Counted from the first letter of the stretch, positions 27,612-38,349 are shown. The stretch: DNA of 64,000 bases from Nitrospiraceae bacterium (GCA_021373015.1 JAJFTJ010000014.1:136323-200322); one strand, 5' to 3'. Notes: generated by a model from the letters alone, not told the origin. Made by a program: numbers and translations.

Positions 27612-28950
27612 AAGACTGCTCATAGTTGTTGAAGAAGATCCTCTTAGAGAATCGCTGGAAAGGATTTTTTTAAGCGATGGGTATGAGGTTGACAGTGTCA
27701 AGAATGCCGAGGTAGCGCTTAAAGCGCTTGATGATACATTCTATGACCTGATAATCGCAGATATAATTCTTCCCGGCATGAGCGGAATTGAGCTTTTGAG
27801 CAAAGCTAGAGAACGCGACATTGAACAGCTTGTAATAATAATAACCGGATTCCCGTCCCTTGAGACGGCTGTTGATGCTCTGAGGGCTGGGGCATATGAT
27901 TATTTGGTAAAACCAATAATCTACGAAGAATTAAAAAGAGTTGTGAGAAATGCATTCAAGGAAAAAGCGCGTATTATTGAAACTCTTATCAAGAAAAAGA
28001 TAGAAGAAACCTATGATTTCGAAAAAATAATCGGTGACAGCGCTGAGATAAAGGCAATTATTAATGAAGTCAAGAAGATCGCTGACTCAAAAAGCAATGT
28101 TCTTCTTTTGGGCGAAACTGGAACAGGCAAGGAACTTTTTGCAAAGGCAATTCACTATAACAGCTCACGCCGCGACAAACAGTTTATCGCTATAAACTGC
28201 AGCGCAATACCTGAGAACCTTATTGAGTCTGAACTTTTTGGTTATGCAAAGGGTGCATTTACCGGAGCTACTGCAACTAAGAGAGGTCTTTTTGAAGAGG
28301 CTGATGGAGGAACGTTTTTCCTTGATGAGATTGGAGAATTAAGCCAGCCTTTGCAGGCAAAACTGCTTCGTGTTATAGATGACCATGAGATAAGACCGCT
28401 TGGAGGTGTGCACTCCAGAAAAGTTGATATCAGATTTATAACTGCGACAAACAGAGATGTTGCAGCCCTTGTAAAAGAAGGCGCTTTCAGAGAGGATCTG
28501 TATTACAGGATTAATGTTGTTACTCTAAGACTTCCTCCTTTGAGAGAAAGAAAAGGTGACATAATAGCTCTTGCCAAACATTTTCTTGTTAAATATGCAT
28601 ATGACATAGGTAAAAATGTTAAATTCATAGATGAAAATGCAGTCAAGCTTTTAAAGGATTATTCATGGCCGGGAAATATAAGGGAGATGCAGAATATTAT
28701 TGAAAGAGCAGTGCTTATTGCAGACAAAGATACTATTCACCCGGAACATCTGCCAGAAGGCATAAAAACTGCAGAGTCATTCATGTCAGAGGCTCTGGAC
28801 AAGGCTCTTTCCATAGAAGATTATACAAAGGGATTTATCTTAAGGCATCAGAATAATATCATAGAACAGAAGCTGGCAGACATGCTTGGCATAACACGCA
28901 AGGCCTTATGGGAAAAGAGAAAAAAATGGAATATACCAAAAAAGCAGTAA
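27604..28950 (+). CDS. sigma-54-dependent response regulator (NtrC family)
   Basis: The REC domain has DLIIADIILPGMSG and KP. The AAA+ domain has GETGTGKE, the GAFTGA loop and ESELFG. A C-terminal HTH is present. Confidence 0.9.
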   Translation: MSERLLIVVEEDPLRESLERIFLSDGYEVDSVKNAEVALKALDDTFYDLIIADIILPGMSGIELLSKARERDIEQLVIIITGFPSLETAVDALRAGAYDYLVKPIIYEELKRVVRNAFKEKARIIETLIKKKIEETYDFEKIIGDSAEIKAIINEVKKIADSKSNVLLLGETGTGKELFAKAIHYNSSRRDKQFIAINCSAIPENLIESELFGYAKGAFTGATATKRGLFEEADGGTFFLDEIGELSQPLQAKLLRVIDDHEIRPLGGVHSRKVDIRFITATNRDVAALVKEGAFREDLYYRINVVTLRLPPLRERKGDIIALAKHFLVKYAYDIGKNVKFIDENAVKLLKDYSWPGNIREMQNIIERAVLIADKDTIHPEHLPEGIKTAESFMSEALDKALSIEDYTKGFILRHQNNIIEQKLADMLGITRKALWEKRKKWNIPKKQ

Positions 28951-28985
28951 ACGTTACTTTTATTCTCAAACATGAGACCTGCTTA

Positions 28986-29002
28986 TGCTACTTATTGTAA
29001 CG
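28986..29002. promoter_or_regulatory. candidate enhancer (UAS) site 1: TGCTAC-N5-GTAACG
   Basis: It is a 17-bp imperfect palindrome. Its inverted copy (15/17 identical) lies at 29054-29070, upstream of the -24/-12 element. Confidence 0.35.
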
Positions 29003-29053
29003 CACTGTAAGTCCCTAAAGAATAAAGGGAAATCATTCTAATTATGATTCAAC

Positions 29054-29070
29054 CGTTACTAAAAGTAGCA
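29054..29070. promoter_or_regulatory. candidate enhancer (UAS) site 2: CGTTAC-N5-GTAGCA
   Basis: It is the partner of site 1. Its centre is about 105 bp upstream of the GG of the putative -24 element. Confidence 0.35.
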
Positions 29071-29165
29071 TAACCTCAGCTTATCATCTCCAAAGCTTTA
29101 TCAATCCCATGGTTAACATCTTGATTTTTAATGATTTTTTAATGGTATCTTCTATTTTTTAATGC

Positions 29166-29181
29166 AGGCATATTAATTGCT
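29166..29181 (+). promoter_or_regulatory. candidate sigma-54 (-24/-12) promoter aGGCAT-N5-TTGCt
   Basis: It matches TGGCAC-N5-TTGC in the GG and GC dinucleotides and in the spacing. It sits only about 13 nt before the annotated ATG, which would give an almost leaderless transcript. Confidence 0.35.
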
Positions 29182-29193
29182 CATTAAGGCTGT

Positions 29194-31095
29194 ATGATTC
29201 TCGAAGAAGTAGTGGAATTTTTAAAAAAAGTGCCTCCTTTTCAGTTCCTTGAAGACACTGAGCTGAAAAAAATTGCTGCAGGGGTTTCAATGGAATACTA
29301 CCCTAGCGGTTCGACAATTCTTTATCAAGAAGGTCCTGCAAGCGAGTATCTGAGAGTTATAAAAAAAGGCGGAGTAAAGGTTTTTATAAGATCTGCTGAC
29401 AATGAAGAAGTTGTAATTGATTATAGAGGAGAAGGCGATGTGTTTGGGCTTCTTTCAATGGTTAAGGGAGACAGATCAATTGCCAATGTTATTGCAGTTG
29501 AGGATACAATCTCTTATCTGATAGATAAGCAGACTATTCTTGCTCTTCTTGATACCCACCCTTCAGTCACAGAGTTTTTTCTAAAGTCCTTTCTCAATAA
29601 ATATATAGATAAGACATACAAAGAGATGCATAACAAGAGCTTGCTTTATGGAGGCGGAGACAAATTGCTTTTCACAACTCCAATAGGAGAGCTCAGCAAC
29701 AGGAAGGTCATCACTGCTCCCAATGACATCACAATAAAAGAAGCCTCAGAGATAATGTCGAAACATAAAATAGGTTCGCTTGTGCTTGTTACAACAGAAG
29801 GTGTGCCTGTTGGAATTGTAACAAACAGAGATTTTAGAGACAAGGTTGTTTCCAAAGGAAGACAGGTAACAGACTCTGTTACAAGCATAATGAGCAGTTC
29901 TTTGATAAAGGCTGAAGCGCGTGACTATTGTTTTGAGGCTTTGCTCAAAATGCTGCGCTATAACATTCATCATGTTCTTGTAGTAGACGAAGGCAAGCTC
30001 AAGGGGATAATAACAAATCATGATCTGATGATGCTTCAGGGGATATCGCCAATCTCCATAGTAAAAGAACTCGAAAGCCAGCAGACAATAGAAGGGCTTA
30101 TCCCTGTATCAAAAAAAATAAATAAGATTGTCAGTCTGCTACTGAAAGAAGGAGCAAAGGCAAGCAATATAACAAGAATAATAAGCGAGATAAACGACAG
30201 GCTTGTAAAAAAGATAATTGATATAACAGAAAGGGAGCTCGGCAAGCCTCCTGTTAATTACTGCTGGATTGTTTTTGGCAGCGAAGGAAGGAAAGAACAG
30301 ACGTTCAAGACAGATCAGGATAATGCAATAATTTACGACGACACGGATACCAAGGAAGAAGCAGAAAAAGCAAAGGTATATTTCAGCGTATTTGCATCTC
30401 ATATCAGAGATGGGCTTTTAAAATGCGGGTTTCCTCTTTGCCCTGCAAATTATATGGCTACAAATCCGCAATGGTGCCAGCCTCTTAAGGTCTGGAAAAA
30501 ATACTTTTCTAACTGGGTGTCAGAACCTGTGCAGGATTCGATTCTGAAATCCCTGATATTTTTTGACTTCAGGCCTCTTTACGGTGAGATAAGTTTTGCA
30601 GAAAAGCTCAGAGACCATCTGATAATAATTTTAAAAGATCAAAAAGTTTTTCTTGGTTATCTGGCTAATGTGATAATTAAGAACATGCCGCCTGTTGGTT
30701 TCCTCAAATCGTTTGTTGTTGAAAAGAGCGGAGAACATAAAGATATGCTTAATCTAAAAATAAAGGGTGTATCTATGTTAGTTGATATAGTCAGACTTTT
30801 CAGCCTAGAAAGAGGGATAAGGGAGACATCAACACTTGAAAGACTGAACGTTCTTAAAAACAGCCATACAACGGCAAAAGAATATGCAGAAGAGATTGAA
30901 CATGCATTCGAATTTATTATGCTGCTTAGAATTCAGCACCAGCTGGAACAGATCCAAAGCGGCAGTGATCCTGACAACTTTATTGATCCAAAGAAGCTCA
31001 GTAATCTGGAAAAAAAGACAATGAAAGAGGCTTTCCACCTGGTATCAAAAATTCAGGACAGCATTATAGAAAGGTATAAATCATTGATATGGTAA
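29194..31095 (+). CDS. cyclic-nucleotide-binding / tandem CBS / DUF294 nucleotidyltransferase protein
   Basis: The N-terminal cNMP-binding fold carries G.VFG, followed by two CBS domains. Next comes a nucleotidyltransferase-like core (FGSEGRKEQTFKTDQDNAII) and the DUF294_C-like helical end. Confidence 0.85.
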   Translation: MILEEVVEFLKKVPPFQFLEDTELKKIAAGVSMEYYPSGSTILYQEGPASEYLRVIKKGGVKVFIRSADNEEVVIDYRGEGDVFGLLSMVKGDRSIANVIAVEDTISYLIDKQTILALLDTHPSVTEFFLKSFLNKYIDKTYKEMHNKSLLYGGGDKLLFTTPIGELSNRKVITAPNDITIKEASEIMSKHKIGSLVLVTTEGVPVGIVTNRDFRDKVVSKGRQVTDSVTSIMSSSLIKAEARDYCFEALLKMLRYNIHHVLVVDEGKLKGIITNHDLMMLQGISPISIVKELESQQTIEGLIPVSKKINKIVSLLLKEGAKASNITRIISEINDRLVKKIIDITERELGKPPVNYCWIVFGSEGRKEQTFKTDQDNAIIYDDTDTKEEAEKAKVYFSVFASHIRDGLLKCGFPLCPANYMATNPQWCQPLKVWKKYFSNWVSEPVQDSILKSLIFFDFRPLYGEISFAEKLRDHLIIILKDQKVFLGYLANVIIKNMPPVGFLKSFVVEKSGEHKDMLNLKIKGVSMLVDIVRLFSLERGIRETSTLERLNVLKNSHTTAKEYAEEIEHAFEFIMLLRIQHQLEQIQSGSDPDNFIDPKKLSNLEKKTMKEAFHLVSKIQDSIIERYKSLIW

Positions 31096-31134
31096 ATAAA
31101 ATAATTTGTTCCAGACAATACAGCGAGAAAAGAA

Positions 31135-31800
31135 ATGAAGATTAAAAGAACCCCTATTATCGAAGCTGATTATGTCGTGGTTGACACAGAACTTACAGGC
31201 CTTGATGAAAAGAAAGACTCCATTGTCTCGATAGCTGCAATTAAGATGATTGGAGGAAGAATTAGCCTTGAAGACAAGTTTTATAGACTGGTCAACCCTG
31301 AAACAGAGCTAAAAAAAGAAAGCGTTTTAATACACGGCATAACTCATTCAGAGGTCAGTAAAAAACCCGGAATTAAAAAAGTCCTCTCAGAATTCTCTGA
31401 GTTTTGCAGCGACAATATTATTGTCGGACATTTTCTGGCAATAGATATGAGCTTCATAAACAGAGACATGAAAAAGTTTTTTGGAACTACAATTAAAAAT
31501 CCAGGAATAGACACATATCTGCTTTACAGATGTCTCAGAAAAAAATTCCCTGAACAAAAATGCCTGGCAGATCTTTTAAAGGACTCAGGATTGTACAAGA
31601 TTGCAAAATGTTTCGATATCCAGATTACAGATATGCACAATGCGATCAAAGATGCTTTTATTACAGCACAGATATTCCAGAGATTTATGCCATTGCTGAG
31701 AGAATCAGAGATTGAGACTACAGATGTACTTCTTAAAATTGGAGATTATTCAAAAGGAGCGGATAAATACAGTCAATCAGAAGAAAGCTGTAATTTTTAG
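31135..31800 (+). CDS. DEDDh 3'-5' exonuclease (DnaQ/epsilon-like)
   Basis: The Exo I motif is VVDTELTGLD, Exo II is HFLAIDMSF and Exo III is HNAIKDA. Confidence 0.85.
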   Translation: MKIKRTPIIEADYVVVDTELTGLDEKKDSIVSIAAIKMIGGRISLEDKFYRLVNPETELKKESVLIHGITHSEVSKKPGIKKVLSEFSEFCSDNIIVGHFLAIDMSFINRDMKKFFGTTIKNPGIDTYLLYRCLRKKFPEQKCLADLLKDSGLYKIAKCFDIQITDMHNAIKDAFITAQIFQRFMPLLRESEIETTDVLLKIGDYSKGADKYSQSEESCNF

Positions 31801-31855
31801 ATTTAGTCCAAAATCTATTAAGGTTTTGAGATAAAACTGCAGGAGGAGGTAATTT

Positions 31856-32167
31856 ATGGCTAAAGTAAGTGTGCACGAAATTCTTGAAGACAAGGATTTC
31901 AAGGATTTGCTGAAAAGAAGGAACAGGGTAGCGCTTACCCTAACAGTCGTGGAACTGTTGATTTATTTCGGTTTCATTGCGCTTATTGCTTTTAACAAGC
32001 CGTTTCTCTCACAGAAGATGAGCGCAGGAACAGCTACTACAGTAGGAATCCCTATAGCAGTGGGTACGATTGCTCTGTCGTGGGTATTAACAGGTATCTA
32101 TATCTTCTGGGCGAATAGCAGATATGACACCTTAGTCAAGAAAATAAAAGAAAAGATAGGAGGATAA
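31856..32167 (+). CDS. DUF485 (YjcH-like) membrane protein
   Basis: It is a two-TM protein of about 100 aa lying immediately upstream of actP, as in the yjcH-actP arrangement. Confidence 0.85.
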   Translation: MAKVSVHEILEDKDFKDLLKRRNRVALTLTVVELLIYFGFIALIAFNKPFLSQKMSAGTATTVGIPIAVGTIALSWVLTGIYIFWANSRYDTLVKKIKEKIGG

Positions 32168-32171
32168 TAAG

Positions 32172-33911
32172 ATGCCGCAGGCTACACAAACAATTATTGG
32201 GCAGACAAATCCTATAGCGATAATGTTTTTCATCGCGTTTGTTATCGTCACGCTTGTAATAACTTACTGGGCAGCAAAAAGAACAAGGACAACAAAAGAC
32301 TTTTATGCTGCTGGAAGAAATGTAACAGGGTTTCAGAATGGGCTTGCACTCGCAGGTGATTATATGAGTGCAGCATCATTTTTAGGGATTGCAGGATTGG
32401 TTTCAACAAGAGGTTACGACGGCTTGATCTATTCTGTTGGATGGCTTGTTGGATGGCCGATTGTTATGTTCCTTATTTCAGAGCCGTTAAGAAATCTGGG
32501 CAAATATACATTTGCTGATGTTGTTGCCTACAGATTAAATCAAAGACCTATCAGGGCAGCAGCAGCAGCAGGTTCGCTCGTAACAGTTTTAACATACCTG
32601 ATCGCTCAGATGGTGGGCGCAGGAACACTTGTAAAACTGATGTTCGGCCTGCCTTATGAAGCAGCTATCATTATTGTTGGCGCATTAATGATTGCTTATG
32701 TTCTATTCGGCGGAATGATCGCAACAACATGGGTTCAGATTATCAAGGCAGTTCTTCTTCTTGGCGGTGCAACACTGCTTGTTTTTCTGACGCTTTCAAA
32801 GTTTGGGTTCAGCTATGCTGATTTATTCGGACAAGCAGAGAAGCTTTATACTTCAAAATTCCTTGAACCAGGCGGTCTGATAACAAGTCCTATAGATGCC
32901 TTCTCTCTTGGTCTTGCGCTTATGTTTGGTACAGCAGGCCTTCCGCACATACTTATGAGGTTCTATACAGTGCCTGACGCTAAAGAAGCAAGAAAGTCAG
33001 TATTCTATGCAACGGGTTTTATCGGATATTTCTATATACTGACAGTTACTATTGGTTTTGGCGCAGCAGTTCTGGTTGGCCAGAAAATAATAATGGGCAT
33101 TGACAAAGGCGGCAATATGGCAGGACCTTTGCTTGCTGAAGCGCTTGGAGGAACACCTTTCCTCGGCTTTTTGGCAGCTGTTGCATTTGCAACAATCCTC
33201 GCGGTTGTCTCGGGATTAACACTGGCAGGCGCATCTGCGTTTTCACATGACCTTTTTGTTGGTGTTATAAGGCGCGGACAGGCATCAGAAAAAGAAGAGG
33301 TAAAGATGGCGAAGATGGCCACTTTAGGTCTTGGTATAGCTGCGGTTTTATTGGGCATAATGTTCAAAGGCCAGAATGTTGCGTTTTTGGTCGGACTTAC
33401 CTTTGCAATTGCAGCAAGCGCTAATTTCCCGGCATTGCTTATGTCCATAACCTGGAAAAAGTTTACAACAAAGGGCGCTGTGACAAGCATATACACAGGC
33501 CTTACTGTTGCAACTGTGCTCATAATCCTCAGTCCTACTGTCTGGGTTGACATAGTTCACAAGACTGAGAAAACAGCAGTCGAAAATCAGATTAAGATGA
33601 TAGAAAGTACATCCAGTGCAAAGATTGCTGATTTGGAGAAACAAAAAACACCTGCTCTTAAGTCTGAAAAATTAGCAGCGCTTGATACTTCAATTGCAGG
33701 AGAAAAGAAACTGGCTGATGAACAGATAAAAACAGAAAAGGCGAAAATGCCTAAGGCTATATTCCCTCTTAAAAATCCTGGAATATATTCAATGGCTGCC
33801 GCTTTTTTAATCGGCATAATTGTCTCGCTGCTTTGGAGAGACAAGAAAGCAGAAGAGAAGTTTGCAGGCGAAAAACTTAGAGAATATATCGGGATAGGAG
33901 CAGAAGAGTAA
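32172..33911 (+). CDS. actP: cation/acetate symporter ActP (SSS family)
   Basis: It reads [29 protein letters not shown] and [12 protein letters not shown]. It lies in a yjcH-actP-acs context. Confidence 0.9.
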   Translation: MPQATQTIIGQTNPIAIMFFIAFVIVTLVITYWAAKRTRTTKDFYAAGRNVTGFQNGLALAGDYMSAASFLGIAGLVSTRGYDGLIYSVGWLVGWPIVMFLISEPLRNLGKYTFADVVAYRLNQRPIRAAAAAGSLVTVLTYLIAQMVGAGTLVKLMFGLPYEAAIIIVGALMIAYVLFGGMIATTWVQIIKAVLLLGGATLLVFLTLSKFGFSYADLFGQAEKLYTSKFLEPGGLITSPIDAFSLGLALMFGTAGLPHILMRFYTVPDAKEARKSVFYATGFIGYFYILTVTIGFGAAVLVGQKIIMGIDKGGNMAGPLLAEALGGTPFLGFLAAVAFATILAVVSGLTLAGASAFSHDLFVGVIRRGQASEKEEVKMAKMATLGLGIAAVLLGIMFKGQNVAFLVGLTFAIAASANFPALLMSITWKKFTTKGAVTSIYTGLTVATVLIILSPTVWVDIVHKTEKTAVENQIKMIESTSSAKIADLEKQKTPALKSEKLAALDTSIAGEKKLADEQIKTEKAKMPKAIFPLKNPGIYSMAAAFLIGIIVSLLWRDKKAEEKFAGEKLREYIGIGAEE

Positions 33912-33996
33912 TACACAAAAAAGCTATAATATTGGGCATCTGAATTCCCAGATGCCCAATATTCAATAAACAAATTTGAGGGAGGAGAATGTAGGG

Positions 33997-35967
33997 ATGT
34001 CAAAAGAAAAGATTGATGTATTATTGGCTGAAAACAGAAAATTTCCACCAGCAAAAAATTTTAGTGAAAAAGCCCATATCAAGAGCATTAAAGATTACGA
34101 GAAGATTTATAAAAAATCTGTCGAAGATACTGAAAATTTCTGGGCTGACATGGCAGAGAAGCAGCTTGTTTGGTACAAGAAATGGGACAAGGTGCTTGAG
34201 TATGACTTTGAAAAACCATTTATAAAATGGTTCATCGGAGGAAAGCTTAATGCCTCATACAACTGCCTCGATAAACATCTTAACACTCCTGTAAAAAACA
34301 AGGCTGCAATTGTATGGGAGGGAGATGATGGTTCGTACAAGACATATACCTACCAGCAGCTGCATTATGAAGTAAACAGATTTGCAAATGTTCTTAAAAA
34401 GAATGGTGTAAAAAAAGGTGATAGGGTAACAATCTATCTCCCTATGATCCCTGAACTTGCCATTTCCATGCTTGCATGCGCTAGAATTGGCGCAATACAC
34501 AGCATAGTATTCGGAGGATTCAGCGCACAGGCATTAAAGGACAGGATTCAGGACTGTAAGTCAACAATGGTAGTCACAGCTGATAAGGGAGTAAGAGGCG
34601 GAAGATTTATTCCTCTTAAATCTAATGTTGATGAAGCGCTTCAGGAATGCCCTTCAGTCGAAAAAGTGATTGTAGTTAAAAGAGCAGACGGCACTGACAT
34701 GGAGCCGGGCAGAGATATATGGTGGCATGAAGAGATGAGCGCAGCAGACATCTCAAATTATTGCGAGCCTGAAAAGATGGATGCTGAAGATCCCCTATTC
34801 ATTTTATATACCTCAGGTTCAACAGGAAAGCCCAAGGGAGTTCTTCATACAACCGGCGGGTATATGCTCTACACAAATCTTACTTTCAAGTGGATATTTG
34901 ATTACCATGATGAGGATGTACATTTTTGCACAGCAGATATCGGCTGGGTTACAGGACACAGCTATATTGTTTACGGTCCTTTGAGCAATGGCGCAACAAG
35001 TCTGATGTTCGAGGGTGTTCCTACTTATCCGGATGCAGGAAGATTCTGGGACATAGTTGCAAAACACAAGGTAAGTATTTTCTATACAGCGCCGACAGCT
35101 ATCAGGGCTTTGATGAGAGAAGGAGAAAGCTGGGTGAATAAACACGACTTATCTTCTCTAAGAGTTCTTGGCAGTGTTGGAGAGCCGATAAACCCTGAAG
35201 CCTGGATGTGGTATCACAAAAATGTGGGCAAGGAAAAAATTCCGATAGTTGATACATGGTGGCAGACAGAAACAGGCGGAATACTTATTACTCCTCTTCC
35301 CGGCGCTATGACACTAAAGCCAAGTTCAGCTAACAGGCCTTTCCCTGGTGTTGTTCCAAGGGTGGTCAAAGAAGATGGCACCCCAGCAGGTGTGAATGAG
35401 GGCGGTTATCTTGTTATAGAGAAACCATGGCCTGGAATGCTGAGAGGAACATACGGCGATCCTGAAAACAAACGTATTAAGGAAGTTTATTTTTCAAGAT
35501 TCCGCGGAAAGTATATGACTGGAGACGGCGCCAGAGTTGATGAAGATGGAGATTACTGGCTAATGGGAAGAATTGATGATGTTATCAATATCTCCGGGCA
35601 CAGAATTGGCACATCAGAAGTTGAGTCTGCGCTTGTAAGTCATGAAGCTGTTGCCGAGGCAGCGGTTGTTGGATATCCGCATGATATAAAGGGAGAGGGC
35701 ATCTATGTTTATGTAACCTTGAAGGATGGTTTCCAGCCTTCAGATGAACTGAAGAAGATACTCGTCGGACACGTAAGAACTGTTATTGGTCCGATTGCAA
35801 CTCCTGACAAGATGCAGTTTTCACCGGCTCTTCCCAAGACAAGAAGCGGCAAGATTATGAGAAGAATTTTAAGGAAGATCGCTCATGGACAGGTAGAAGA
35901 TCTTGGAGATACTTCAACTCTTGCTGATCCGTCAGTTGTTGAGTCTTTGTTAAAAGGAAGGCTTTAG
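33997..35967 (+). CDS. acs: acetyl-CoA synthetase
   Basis: It has [53 protein letters not shown] and [12 protein letters not shown] placed the start at ATG 33997, downstream of GGAGG, rather than the tracked TTG. Confidence 0.95.
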   Translation: MSKEKIDVLLAENRKFPPAKNFSEKAHIKSIKDYEKIYKKSVEDTENFWADMAEKQLVWYKKWDKVLEYDFEKPFIKWFIGGKLNASYNCLDKHLNTPVKNKAAIVWEGDDGSYKTYTYQQLHYEVNRFANVLKKNGVKKGDRVTIYLPMIPELAISMLACARIGAIHSIVFGGFSAQALKDRIQDCKSTMVVTADKGVRGGRFIPLKSNVDEALQECPSVEKVIVVKRADGTDMEPGRDIWWHEEMSAADISNYCEPEKMDAEDPLFILYTSGSTGKPKGVLHTTGGYMLYTNLTFKWIFDYHDEDVHFCTADIGWVTGHSYIVYGPLSNGATSLMFEGVPTYPDAGRFWDIVAKHKVSIFYTAPTAIRALMREGESWVNKHDLSSLRVLGSVGEPINPEAWMWYHKNVGKEKIPIVDTWWQTETGGILITPLPGAMTLKPSSANRPFPGVVPRVVKEDGTPAGVNEGGYLVIEKPWPGMLRGTYGDPENKRIKEVYFSRFRGKYMTGDGARVDEDGDYWLMGRIDDVINISGHRIGTSEVESALVSHEAVAEAAVVGYPHDIKGEGIYVYVTLKDGFQPSDELKKILVGHVRTVIGPIATPDKMQFSPALPKTRSGKIMRRILRKIAHGQVEDLGDTSTLADPSVVESLLKGRL

Positions 35968-36000
35968 CCTTAAGGATTAAGCAGATGTAATCACGTTTTA

Positions 36001-36031
36001 ATGAAAAGGGGGCTTATCGCCCCCTTTTCAT
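36001..36031 (+). terminator. rho-independent terminator after acs
   Basis: A 13-bp perfect stem (atgaaaagggggc / gcccccttttcat) encloses a 5-nt loop. Confidence 0.65.
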
Positions 36032-36075
36032 TAAAAATCTAAAAAATTCATTATGGAAGCTCATAGGAAGAAAAT

Positions 36076-36630
36076 ATGAAGCATAAATTTTTTATAAATA
36101 AAGAAAATGCAATTATAGTTATTGTTGATATTCAGGAAAAACTTGTGCAGGCTATGAAAGAAAAAGATAAGGTGGTCAACAACTGCTCTCATTTAATCGA
36201 GTGCGGAAGAATTCAGTGTATCCCGATTGTTGTTACTGAGCAGTATTCAAAAGGACTCGGTCCGACAATCAGCGAGTTGAAAGATATACTGCCTATTTAT
36301 AACCCGATAGAAAAAATCACATTCGATTGCTGCGGCGAGAATTTTTTTAATGAAGCATTGTCAGCATTAAAAAGGAAAAAAATTATCCTTACAGGTATGG
36401 AAACACATGTGTGTGTGCTCCAGACATGCCTGAGCTTGATAAAGAATGGATTTGATGTCCATATTGTAAAAGATGCTGTGTGCTCAAGGACAAAGGATAA
36501 TTTCAAGACAGCAATAGAGATTATGCGTAATGCAGGCGCTGTCATAACATGCACAGAGACCGTACTTTTTCAGCTTCTTGAAAAAGCCGGAACAGAAGAA
36601 TTCAAGGCAATAGCAAAGAAGATAAAGTAA
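36076..36630 (+). CDS. isochorismatase-family cysteine hydrolase
   Basis: It has IIVIVDIQEKL and GMETHVCVLQT (the catalytic Cys context). Confidence 0.85.
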   Translation: MKHKFFINKENAIIVIVDIQEKLVQAMKEKDKVVNNCSHLIECGRIQCIPIVVTEQYSKGLGPTISELKDILPIYNPIEKITFDCCGENFFNEALSALKRKKIILTGMETHVCVLQTCLSLIKNGFDVHIVKDAVCSRTKDNFKTAIEIMRNAGAVITCTETVLFQLLEKAGTEEFKAIAKKIK

Positions 36631-36717
36631 GCCTACTGATTACTTAAGATAAAGTGGTTTGTTTGAGACAGACGCTCGAAATATTATCTATTTTCTGAAA
36701 TTTTCATCTAATCTCTC

Positions 36718-36746
36718 TTGACTAGTCTTTATCACAAAGTTAAACT
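36718..36746 (+). promoter_or_regulatory. candidate sigma-70 promoter TTGACT-N17-TAAACT
   Basis: I read it directly. The -10 element ends about 33 nt before the ATG at 36779, and an AAGGAGG RBS follows. Confidence 0.4.
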
Positions 36747-36778
36747 ATTTGTCCACTTAATATTTAAGGAGGTTTCCC

Positions 36779-37918
36779 ATGTTAAAACGTTATTTATTAG
36801 CACCTGGACCAACACCTGTTCCTTCTGAGGCGCTGCTTGCAATGGCAATGCCGATGATACATCATCGCGCGCCTGATTTTGTTCCTGTTTTGGATGCAGC
36901 AAAGAAAGGACTGCAATGGCTTTACCAGACAAAAAACGATGTCCTGATACTTTGTTCAACAGGCACTGGCGGTATGGTGGGCTCAGTGAACAACTTCTTC
37001 AGCCCTGGAGACAAGGTAATCACAATAAACGGCGGTAAATTCGGAGAGAGATGGACAAAGATATGCAAGGCCTACGGACTTAATGTTGACGAGATAGTTG
37101 TTGAATGGGGCCATGCTGTAAAGCCTGAGCTTGTTGAGGAAAAGCTTAAAAAAGATCCCTCAATAAAAGGCGTGTTTGTGCAGGCATCAGAAACATCAAC
37201 AGGCGTTTACCATGACATAGAATCGCTTGCAAAGATAGTTAAGAAATACCCAAACACCATTTTTATAGTTGATGCAATCTCAGCTTTGGTTGCGCATGAT
37301 TTAAAAATGGATGAATGGGGAATTGATGTTCTTGTCGGCGGTTCGCAGAAAGGCGTTATGCTTCCTCCGGGACTTGCATTTGTCGGGATAAGCGAGAAGG
37401 CATGGAAATTTGCAGACACAGCAAAATCACCAAAGTTTTATTTTAATTTTAAAAAAGAGCGCGAGAATCTCACAAAAAACCAGACGAATTTTACATCGCC
37501 TGTAACATTGATAATAGGGCTTAATGAATGCATCAAGATGCTCCAGAAAGAAGGCCTTGAAAATGTATTCAAGCGTCACGAAAAACTTGCCAATGCAACA
37601 AGAAAAGCAATGCAGGCAATAGGACTCAAACTATATCCAAAAGAATCGCCTTCGAATTCTGTCACTGCTGTATGCGCTCCTGAGGGAATTGACGGACAGC
37701 TAATATATAAAAATCTACGCGAGAAATACGGCATCACAGCAGCAGGCGGACAGGACCAGCTTAAGGGCAAGGTATTCAGGATTGCGCATCTCGGCTATGC
37801 AGATACATTCGATGTAATAACTGCTGTTGCCGGCGTTGAGATGGTGCTAAAAGGCATGGGACATCCTGTTAAACTCGGTACAGGTGTTGCAGTTGCAGAA
37901 GAATTGTTGTTGAAATAA
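36779..37918 (+). CDS. class V PLP aminotransferase (serine-glyoxylate / phosphoserine aminotransferase type)
   Basis: It has the class V pattern with GGSQKGVMLPPG (PLP lysine). It lies near serA. Confidence 0.8.
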   Translation: MLKRYLLAPGPTPVPSEALLAMAMPMIHHRAPDFVPVLDAAKKGLQWLYQTKNDVLILCSTGTGGMVGSVNNFFSPGDKVITINGGKFGERWTKICKAYGLNVDEIVVEWGHAVKPELVEEKLKKDPSIKGVFVQASETSTGVYHDIESLAKIVKKYPNTIFIVDAISALVAHDLKMDEWGIDVLVGGSQKGVMLPPGLAFVGISEKAWKFADTAKSPKFYFNFKKERENLTKNQTNFTSPVTLIIGLNECIKMLQKEGLENVFKRHEKLANATRKAMQAIGLKLYPKESPSNSVTAVCAPEGIDGQLIYKNLREKYGITAAGGQDQLKGKVFRIAHLGYADTFDVITAVAGVEMVLKGMGHPVKLGTGVAVAEELLLK

Positions 37919-37941
37919 AATTGATTGGTTTGGGTAAATTT

Positions 37942-37976
37942 AAAAGGGGATAATTATATCATCCCCTTTTGTTTTT
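37942..37976 (+). terminator. rho-independent terminator (also serves the convergent gene)
   Basis: A 10-bp stem (aaaaggggat / atcccctttt) is followed by gttttt. Confidence 0.7.
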
Positions 37977-38002
37977 CTATTTAAATTTTTGTTCAGTAAA
38001 AT

Positions 38003-38272
38003 TCAGATTGAAAACATAGACTCTAAATCATGTCTGGAATAAGCTCTAAGGGCAAGCACTGTTTCTGTCTTCACAATGCCGTCAATTGTTAGTAAGTGTT
38101 GTGTAACGAGCGCGGCAAGTTCTTCATTGTTTTTCACTCGAACGATCGCTATAATGTCGTAATTTCCGCTTACTGAAAAAACTTCAGATATTTCTTTCAT
38201 CTCTGCTAAATGTTCGGATATTTTATTGATCTTCAGCCTGTCAGCATTGATAAGAATAATCGCAGTAGTCAT
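38003..38272 (-). CDS. stand-alone Lrp/AsnC ligand-binding (RAM) domain protein
   Basis: At 89 aa it has no HTH. It reads EVFSVSGNYDIIAIVRVKNNEELAALV...L..IDGIVKTET, typical of the AsnC_trans_reg domain. Confidence 0.8.
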   Translation of the reverse strand: MTTAIILINADRLKINKISEHLAEMKEISEVFSVSGNYDIIAIVRVKNNEELAALVTQHLLTIDGIVKTETVLALRAYSRHDLESMFSI

Positions 38273-38349
38273 ATTGTTCTTCCTTTCTTTAGTTTTGCCT
38301 CCTTAAATATGTAAACAGAATCTTACATTTCTGCTTTTTTAAAATTATC

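Noticed and set aside
33032-33553. A 173-aa ORF antisense to actP; similar long antisense ORFs occur at 41533-41967 (purA), 47040-47441 (parB), 60193-60702 (hyfB) and 55217-55624 (the GGDEF gene)
   Set aside because: Each one overlaps a gene with unambiguous family motifs on the other strand and carries no recognisable motif of its own.
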